DNA of 26,726 bases from Candidatus Phoenicimicrobium oleiphilum (GTDB lineage Bacteria; Atribacterota; Phoenicimicrobiia; Phoenicimicrobiales; Phoenicimicrobiaceae): NCBI GenBank assembly GCA_039638295.1, contig JBDIWJ010000021.1, positions 1-26,726 of the forward strand, given 5' to 3'. A model generated the notes under the pieces. The model ran no database searches. It saw only the letters and a program-made list of their open reading frames with translations, and was not told the DNA's origin. Positions 19,352 to 26,726 of this stretch are shown one piece after another. Numbering within the stretch: the first letter of the stretch is position 1; every line of letters begins with the position of its first letter. Made by a program: the position numbers and the translations under genes.

Positions 19352-20212
19352 TTATAATTTATCAATCCCGTGCTGTTTAAGCCACTCCTCAAATCCACCC
19401 TTTTCTTCAAAAAATTCTTTATCATAATTTTCTTCTAATCTTTTTATCTGAGCAGCGAGAAGGGGTTGTTTATGAACTAATTCATCTATTCTTTTTTCAA
19501 AATGAGTACTCTTTATCGATAGATCTGTGAAATTAATATCTATTTTCAGCAATTGAGTCAACTTCTCTATTACTGCTTTTATTGCTTTAGGGTTTCGGGT
19601 TTGAATATAAATTGGTATTTCCGCTATAAAATTAGCCATTTCTACCCCTTTCTCTGAAGAAAACTTGGTCAATAAAGTAGTAATACTTGCTGGACCTTCA
19701 TAATTAGTAAACCTTATCCCAATCTCTTTGAGTTTAGCCTTTTGCTTTTCACCAGACACAGAACAAAATATTCTAATCCCCCTGGTGTGAGGAATTGGAC
19801 CTGCAACACTACCCACAAAATAAATTTCTTTTACTCCAAATTTTTCAGTTATTTTAAAGATGCAATTAGCATATTCATCCCAATTAATATTTGGTTCTTT
19901 ACCGGAAAATAAGACCAAATTATTCTTTTCATCATAGAAAAATTCATTTTGCGGATATTGAAAATCAGTTATCAGCCCTTCTTGAATTTTAGTATAAGGT
20001 CTAAATTGTGCTGTCTCGGACATTGCTCCTGGAAAATTAAAAATATAAAATTTTTGCGATTCTATTTGGGCAAATTTCTTGGCCTGGAGAGTAAATTTTA
20101 AGTATTGTATGGTACCAGTAGAGACATCCCCTCCATCCATCCAACCAGAGAAACCCATAATCATGCGGGGATTTTTTAAAGATGGCTCGCTATGAATTCT
20201 CAAGTTTTCCAT
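19352..20212 (-). CDS. PAC2-family protein
   Basis: GFSGWMDGGDVST, GKEPNINW, IPHTR, YEGPASI, IPIY...NPKA, C-terminal helical tail; SD AAGGAG. Confidence 0.88.
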   Translation of the reverse strand: MENLRIHSEPSLKNPRMIMGFSGWMDGGDVSTGTIQYLKFTLQAKKFAQIESQKFYIFNFPGAMSETAQFRPYTKIQEGLITDFQYPQNEFFYDEKNNLVLFSGKEPNINWDEYANCIFKITEKFGVKEIYFVGSVAGPIPHTRGIRIFCSVSGEKQKAKLKEIGIRFTNYEGPASITTLLTKFSSEKGVEMANFIAEIPIYIQTRNPKAIKAVIEKLTQLLKIDINFTDLSIKSTHFEKRIDELVHKQPLLAAQIKRLEENYDKEFFEEKGGFEEWLKQHGIDKL

Positions 20213-20278
20213 TTCAGTCCTTCTCCTTATTTCTCACTTTTTAAAGTAAAAATGAATAGAAAAGTTAAACCTATAAAT

Positions 20279-20306
20279 ATTCTACCACAATAGATTAAAA
20301 TGTCGA
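20279..20306 (-). promoter_or_regulatory. Candidate promoter of the PAC2 gene
   Basis: Minus strand TCGACA, 16-bp spacer ending TGG, TAGAAT (extended -10). Confidence 0.45.
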
Positions 20307-20465
20307 AGATGATTTTCTCGAAAGAATGATTCCAATTTCTCCAACCCCACCTTCGCTCCAGAAAACTATTTCTGTACTTTTACAAACAGCAAAGAAATGA
20401 TTAAGGTTATCAAGGTAAGTTCATGATTAAGTTGAAATTTATAAAAAATGTTTTGCTAAAATAAG

Positions 20466-20494
20466 TTGGCAAACTTAATTAAATACCTTATAAT
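20466..20494 (+). promoter_or_regulatory. Candidate promoter of the GH4 gene
   Basis: TTGGCA (20466-20471), 17-bp spacer, TATAAT (20489-20494). Confidence 0.55.
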
Positions 20495-20652
20495 TTACCT
20501 TAAGAAAGAGACCCCATATTTATCGTTTACTTAAAAGGTTATTAATTTATGTTGAAAGAATAGTAATTTTTTTTACTAATGGATAGAAAAATGAAAAGTA
20601 TTTGGTTGTGATAAAATGCATATAGATAAAATTAATAGTTGGAGGAAATTAA

Positions 20653-22053
<1,401 letters not shown>

Positions 22054-22136
22054 GATCTAAAACTAACTACTTATTTTCTGTGAAATAAATTCGCACAAAT
22101 AGATTATTCGAATAAAATTTTTTTAAAATCCCTTAA

Positions 22137-23570
22137 TGCCTCACATAAAAATATAAAGGAAGTGTGATACGATGCCTCAAGTAGAAATATAAACGAAAGG
22201 GTCCATATCTTTTTCTTTTTCTTTACTCATCTCTTGCTTTAGAGCATTCAATTTAAGGAGCCTATTTTGTAATTTAGTTATCTTTCTTTTCAGCTCTGCT
22301 GGATTTAGCATAGCATATTGGCTTTTCAATTTCATCTTTATATCAGATTTAATATTAGGAGAGGCCAGAACTCTTCGGTAAGGGGTCTTAGCCTCATCAT
22401 ATCTTTTTTTAACTTTACTCCCTATCCTTTCCTTTTTGATTAACTTTCTTACCGGTTGAAAGAAATTCACATAGAGTCTAAGATAACCATATAGTTCATT
22501 TAAGAGGGTAAGTTCTTCGGCAGTATAATATCTAGAATATCCTACCGCCCTTCTTATTACCGAATAATTCTTCTGTTCCACAAAACAGGAATCATTCTTG
22601 CGGTAAGGTCTGCTACGGGTAAAGGTAATCTGCTCTTTCTCACAGTATCGCAGGAGATGGGCATTAATAAATTCAGCCCCGTTATCTGAATCTATCCCCA
22701 GAATAGAAAAAGGTAACCTCTCTTTTATCTTCTTTATCCCAGCAAAGACCCATACCTGGGCCTTATTCTTTACCGCAATCATCTCCTCCCAGCCGGTAGA
22801 GATATCGGTAAAGTTTAGACTCTGGATAAAATCACCCCTTACTGCCCCACCATCATGGGAGACTAGGTCTACTTCGAAAAAGCCAGGTTTAGCCTCATCC
22901 CAATCGGTAAAGGTCCTAATGGGGATACTCTTTTTTAGTAGGCTCCCTGGTCTGGTAGTAGACCTGCCTTTTATTCTATATCTCTTCCTGGTAGGAGCTA
23001 AAAGCCTATCGATAGTGGCTGCACTTATCTTGAAGAGCTTTTCTCTTACCTCAACACTCAGTTTAATTTCTTCCCATTTTTCTAATACCGGGAGGATCTC
23101 TTTTAAGAAGGGGGCCAGTCTTTTGGAACAGATATAGTCAAAGATTTCCCAGATCTTTCTTAAGGCCCTAAAAACCTCCTGATCATAGATCTTTGTCTTT
23201 TTCCTTTTGATTTTCCTATTATCCGCTACATATTTTATTCTTTTACCGGCTATATTCATGTACCCCAATACTTTTTCTTTTTTTAGATTTAGAACCTGAC
23301 AGGCATAACAGCGATTATATCCGGTAAGTTTAATAAACTCATCTAAAATAATAGTCTTTTCTTTTTTAGATGATTTATGGTATCTGTCTCTTAATTCTCT
23401 GGTTACGATCTTTTTCTGCCCCATAGTCAACATTCCCTTCTACCTCCTCTATATCTAAGGATAATTTTCTATCTTTAAATATAGAGGAGATTAGGTTATA
23501 ATTAAAATAATTTCATTTAGATTTTTATATGAGGCATCGATACTTTTTTGTTTATATTTTTGATGAGGCA
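22137..23570 (-). mobile_element. Insertion sequence (ISNCY-like, rve/DDE), minimal extent
   Basis: Imperfect inverted ends of about 60 bp, each with two TTTA(T/G)ATTT...TGAGGCA subrepeats (TGCCTCA at 22137 and 22173; TGAGGCA at 23530 and 23564) around a single transposase. No target duplication identified; the ends may extend about 10-15 bp further. Confidence 0.85.
22177..23433 (-). CDS. DDE-type transposase (integrase core domain)
   Basis: GFFEVDLVSH (D), GIDSDNGAEFIN (D), RSRPYRKNDSCFVEQKN (E); ISAATIDRLL; intact 418-aa frame whose stop lies inside the inner end repeat. Confidence 0.93.
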   Translation of the reverse strand: MLTMGQKKIVTRELRDRYHKSSKKEKTIILDEFIKLTGYNRCYACQVLNLKKEKVLGYMNIAGKRIKYVADNRKIKRKKTKIYDQEVFRALRKIWEIFDYICSKRLAPFLKEILPVLEKWEEIKLSVEVREKLFKISAATIDRLLAPTRKRYRIKGRSTTRPGSLLKKSIPIRTFTDWDEAKPGFFEVDLVSHDGGAVRGDFIQSLNFTDISTGWEEMIAVKNKAQVWVFAGIKKIKERLPFSILGIDSDNGAEFINAHLLRYCEKEQITFTRSRPYRKNDSCFVEQKNYSVIRRAVGYSRYYTAEELTLLNELYGYLRLYVNFFQPVRKLIKKERIGSKVKKRYDEAKTPYRRVLASPNIKSDIKMKLKSQYAMLNPAELKRKITKLQNRLLKLNALKQEMSKEKEKDMDPFVYIST

Positions 23571-23580
23571 ATTCGTGGGA

Positions 23581-23609
23581 TTGACTCTTTAAGAAACGCA
23601 ATATATAAT
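23581..23609 (+). promoter_or_regulatory. Promoter for the TAXI-TRAP operon at the IS boundary
   Basis: TTGACT (23581-23586), 17-bp spacer, TATAAT (23604-23609). Confidence 0.7.
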
Positions 23610-23663
23610 ATTTCTAAATTATAATATACAAAATAATAAATTATTATTTAGGAGGTATTTTTA

Positions 23664-24650
23664 ATGAAAAGCACAAAATTTAACAGTCGAATAGTATTTG
23701 TTTTGGTATTATTAATTCTATTTAGTTCATTTACCACTCTTTCTTTTTCTAAAATCAGGATTTCATTAAAATCGGCAAGCAGCGCATCAACTTATTATGC
23801 TTTTTCTGTAGGTATGTCTAAAGCCATTATGAGTGGTGCGCCAGATATTGATGTGATAGTTGAGGAAAGTTTAGGATCTGTAGCTAATGTAAAAGAATCA
23901 AAGACAAGGCAAAATTTCGTATTTACTTCAACCGTTTCCAATATTTTAAAAGCTCTTAAAGAAGAAGGTAAATTTGAAGAAGGTGGATATGAAAAAATTA
24001 GGACTCTCTGGCCCATACCGGGAATCGTAATGCATTGGTTGGTAAGAGAGGATAGCGGTATAGAAACTTTTAAAGAGCTTGTGGGAAAACCGTTTATTCC
24101 CGGAGGATTAGGAAGTTCGGGAGAAGCTATAACTTTAGAGCTTTTTGAAAACATGGGAATATTAGATGAAATACAAATTAAAAAAGCATCTCTAAAAGAA
24201 GCAGTTGATGCAGTAAAAAATAGAAAAGTAGTAGGATTTGCTACATCATCTCCTCCCCCCAGTCCTATGGTTGTAGAATTATCTTCAAGCACTAAAATAA
24301 GGCTTTTATCTTTAGAAGATGAAGATTTTGCAAAATTTAAAGAAAAAAATCCGGTATTTACAAGGTTTATAATTTTACCTAATACTTATCCTAATATTAA
24401 TTATCCCGTAAAAAGTTTCTCTAATCCTGTAGGAACTTATACTATAAGTGATTTACCTGAAGAAATTGCCTATAAAATCACTAAGGCCTTCTGGGAAAAT
24501 AGAAAAATTATGGAAGGTATGCATCCTTTTGGGAAATTTTTAAACATGGGAGATGTTGTAAAATTAGGAGCACCTCTACATTTAGGAGCCTTAAGATACT
24601 ATAAAGAAATTGGTATGGACATACCGGATAGCTTAATTCCTAAAAATTAA
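23664..24650 (+). CDS. TAXI-family TRAP transporter solute-binding subunit
   Basis: N-terminal signal peptide; ESLGSVANV, SGIETFKELVGK, GGLGSSG, AYKITKAFWEN, PLHLGALRYYKEIG; SD AGGAGG. Confidence 0.93.
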   Translation: MKSTKFNSRIVFVLVLLILFSSFTTLSFSKIRISLKSASSASTYYAFSVGMSKAIMSGAPDIDVIVEESLGSVANVKESKTRQNFVFTSTVSNILKALKEEGKFEEGGYEKIRTLWPIPGIVMHWLVREDSGIETFKELVGKPFIPGGLGSSGEAITLELFENMGILDEIQIKKASLKEAVDAVKNRKVVGFATSSPPPSPMVVELSSSTKIRLLSLEDEDFAKFKEKNPVFTRFIILPNTYPNINYPVKSFSNPVGTYTISDLPEEIAYKITKAFWENRKIMEGMHPFGKFLNMGDVVKLGAPLHLGALRYYKEIGMDIPDSLIPKN

Positions 24651-24702
24651 ATTATAATTGATAATTAAAAAAATATATTAAAAAGGATTTAAGTGTGTAA
24701 AG

Positions 24703-26580
24703 ATGAAAAAAGATTATCTGCAAATTATCAAGGATTTGCTTGGTATTGTTTTTCTCATTTTTCATTTATATTTAATATTTTCCGGATTAATTCCTAATAT
24801 AATTCAGAGAAGTGTTCATCTTTGCCTGGCACTGCCTATTATTTATTTATATTTTCCTATCAAAAAAAGTAAAACCAAACTTATTAGCGACATTTTACTT
24901 GCATCTCTATCATTCATTACTTCTATTTACATTGCTATAAATTATAAAAAAATTATATATCAATATGGCATAGTCGATGGGAAATTACAAATATTACTCG
25001 CTATCATAATGATTCTATTAATATTAGAAGCGACAAGAAGATGTGTAAAGCCCGCCTTACCAATTATCTCTTTCCTTTTTTTGATGTACGCTTTTTTCGG
25101 TCATTTACTCCCTGGACATTTTGGCCATGTACAACTTACTCCCAGCACAATTTTAGGAATGTTATATCTTACAACTAATGGTATTTGGGGAATGATTGTG
25201 GGAATATCAGTAAATATTATTGTCATATTTATAATGTTTGGGGCATTTATGGTGGAAAGCGGCGGAGGGAAAGGATTTATAAATTTTTCCTTAAAATTAG
25301 CTGGTAGATTTAAGGGAGGGCCTGCTAAAGTAGCAGTATTGTCAAGTGCTTTATTCGGTAGTATCTCCGGAAGCGCTTCTGCAAATGTTGCCACTACAGG
25401 CGTATTTACTATTCCTATGATGAAAAAATTAAAATATGACAAGTCTTTTGCCGCAGGAGTTGAAGCAGCTGCATCCTCGGGAGGACAAATAATGCCACCA
25501 ATTATGGGAGCAGGTATTTTCATTATGGCAGAACTTATCCAAATTCCCTATCTTAAGATAGCTTTATCCGCAACTCTACCTGCTATTTTATATTTTTACG
25601 CCATCGGAATAGGAATTCATTTTTATTCATTAAAGGAGAATAAAAAAAGTATCGATCCTCAAAATATTCCCTCAACCTTAGAAACCTTAAAAACTTCGGG
25701 ATTTTTTATTCTGCCCCTTTTTACCTTATTATATTTTCTATTTAGAGGATATACTCCACAGTACTCAGCCTTCTGGGCATTTTTTACAGTTGTAATTCTA
25801 TTCTGTTTTAACATAAACTGGCAGATAGATTTTAAAAGTATCTGGCCAAAATTTTATAGAGGATTCACTAATGGTGCCAGGCAAGCTGCAGTAATTGCAA
25901 GTATTACCGCCTGTGCTTCAATAATAATAGGTATAATAAACCAAACTGGATTGGGCATAAAACTTTCGAGTTTTATATTGGATTTTAGCAAAGAAAATCT
26001 TCTTTTAGCACTTTTTTTAACCATGGGAACTTCTTTTATTCTGGGGATGGAAGTACCCACAACCGCTGCATATCTGGTTGCGGCGGTAATTGGGGCACCT
26101 GCGCTTATTAAACTCGGAATCATTCCACTTGCCGCTCATCTATTTATATTTTACTTTGCCATAATATCTGCCATAACTCCTCCTGTCTGCGGGGCAGTCT
26201 ACATTGCTTCAGGAATTGCCGATGCTAATTGGGTAAAAAGCGCAAAATACGCATTGATATTAGGTTTTTCAGCATTTTTAGTTCCTTATCTATTTGTTTA
26301 TGATAATTCTTTTTTACTTAAAGGTTCCAATTTAGACATACTTTACAGCATAGTAAGGTCTTTAGTTTCTATTACTATTATAAGTTCAGCTGTAATTGGT
26401 TTTCTGAGTCGAAAACTAAATTTATGGGAAAGAGGAATTATTTTAATTTCGGGCATTTTAGTAATAATAAAAAGTCTTCTCTTTAATATTACCGGGTTAG
26501 GGATGCTTTTTATATTATTCTTTATTATGAGAAAAGTAGATGAGCAAAAAAGTTTAAGCTTAGATAAATCTTTGGAGTGA
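24703..26580 (+). CDS. TRAP transporter fused 4TM/12TM permease
   Basis: GGPAKVAVLSSALFGSISGSASANV, EAAASSGGQIMPPIMGAG, LGMEVPTTAAY, AHLFIFYF, AITPPV; many transmembrane segments. Confidence 0.95.
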   Translation: MKKDYLQIIKDLLGIVFLIFHLYLIFSGLIPNIIQRSVHLCLALPIIYLYFPIKKSKTKLISDILLASLSFITSIYIAINYKKIIYQYGIVDGKLQILLAIIMILLILEATRRCVKPALPIISFLFLMYAFFGHLLPGHFGHVQLTPSTILGMLYLTTNGIWGMIVGISVNIIVIFIMFGAFMVESGGGKGFINFSLKLAGRFKGGPAKVAVLSSALFGSISGSASANVATTGVFTIPMMKKLKYDKSFAAGVEAAASSGGQIMPPIMGAGIFIMAELIQIPYLKIALSATLPAILYFYAIGIGIHFYSLKENKKSIDPQNIPSTLETLKTSGFFILPLFTLLYFLFRGYTPQYSAFWAFFTVVILFCFNINWQIDFKSIWPKFYRGFTNGARQAAVIASITACASIIIGIINQTGLGIKLSSFILDFSKENLLLALFLTMGTSFILGMEVPTTAAYLVAAVIGAPALIKLGIIPLAAHLFIFYFAIISAITPPVCGAVYIASGIADANWVKSAKYALILGFSAFLVPYLFVYDNSFLLKGSNLDILYSIVRSLVSITIISSAVIGFLSRKLNLWERGIILISGILVIIKSLLFNITGLGMLFILFFIMRKVDEQKSLSLDKSLE

Positions 26581-26637
26581 CGTATAACTTCCCCCAACCT
26601 CCCCTTTTTTTAATTTTATCGGTTTTTTATTTGACAA

Positions 26638-26726
26638 GTCAACTTCGCCACTTTATTTGAAATTCCTTGTGTAGTACGGCTTTCCGCCACAAAAAACATT
26701 TCACTATATCATCTTTTTTCTATTCC
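26638..26726 (-). mobile_element. Possible 3' end of another IS (IS1634-like), cut by the window edge
   Basis: Minus strand reads ...GGA ATA GAA AAA AGA TGA TATAGTG...AAAGTGGCGAAGTTGAC, reminiscent of IS1634-type right ends. This is recollection only; too little sequence is present to confirm. Confidence 0.25.

Noticed and set aside
26588..26642. Terminator after the TRAP permease; TTGAC-AA-GTCAA palindrome as an operator
   Set aside because: The C-rich run has no complementary G arm before the T tract, and the short palindrome has no supporting context inside the window.

Overview
AT-rich bacterial chromosomal origin region. The lineage is only an inference: a low-GC anaerobe, possibly Atribacterota-like. 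The window opens with a split, Bacillus-type oriC flanking dnaA, whose downstream half has a clear DnaA-box/DnaA-trio unwinding site. It continues dnaA-dnaN-recF-DUF721(DciA)-gyrB-gyrA, and gyrA is interrupted right after its catalytic Tyr by a 433-aa intein with a LAGLIDADG endonuclease. Next comes a threonine T-box riboswitch with an unusually short Stem I. It heads hom-thrB-lysC-asd-lysE; lysC has an internal start for a beta subunit, and thrC is absent. The accessory part holds a methyltransferase remnant, a GNAT, an HhH protein, PAC2, a Thermotoga-AglA-like GH4 glycosidase, a DDE insertion sequence with doubled TGAGGCA end motifs, and a TAXI-TRAP transporter. Several spacers inside conserved operons are filled with mosaics of 7/8-bp tandem repeats and REP-like palindromes. 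Most genes are ordinary housekeeping genes. The most unusual items are the truncated-Stem-I T-box, the GyrA intein, the intergenic repeat mosaics and the IS end architecture. I cannot confidently claim a wholly new multi-gene system.
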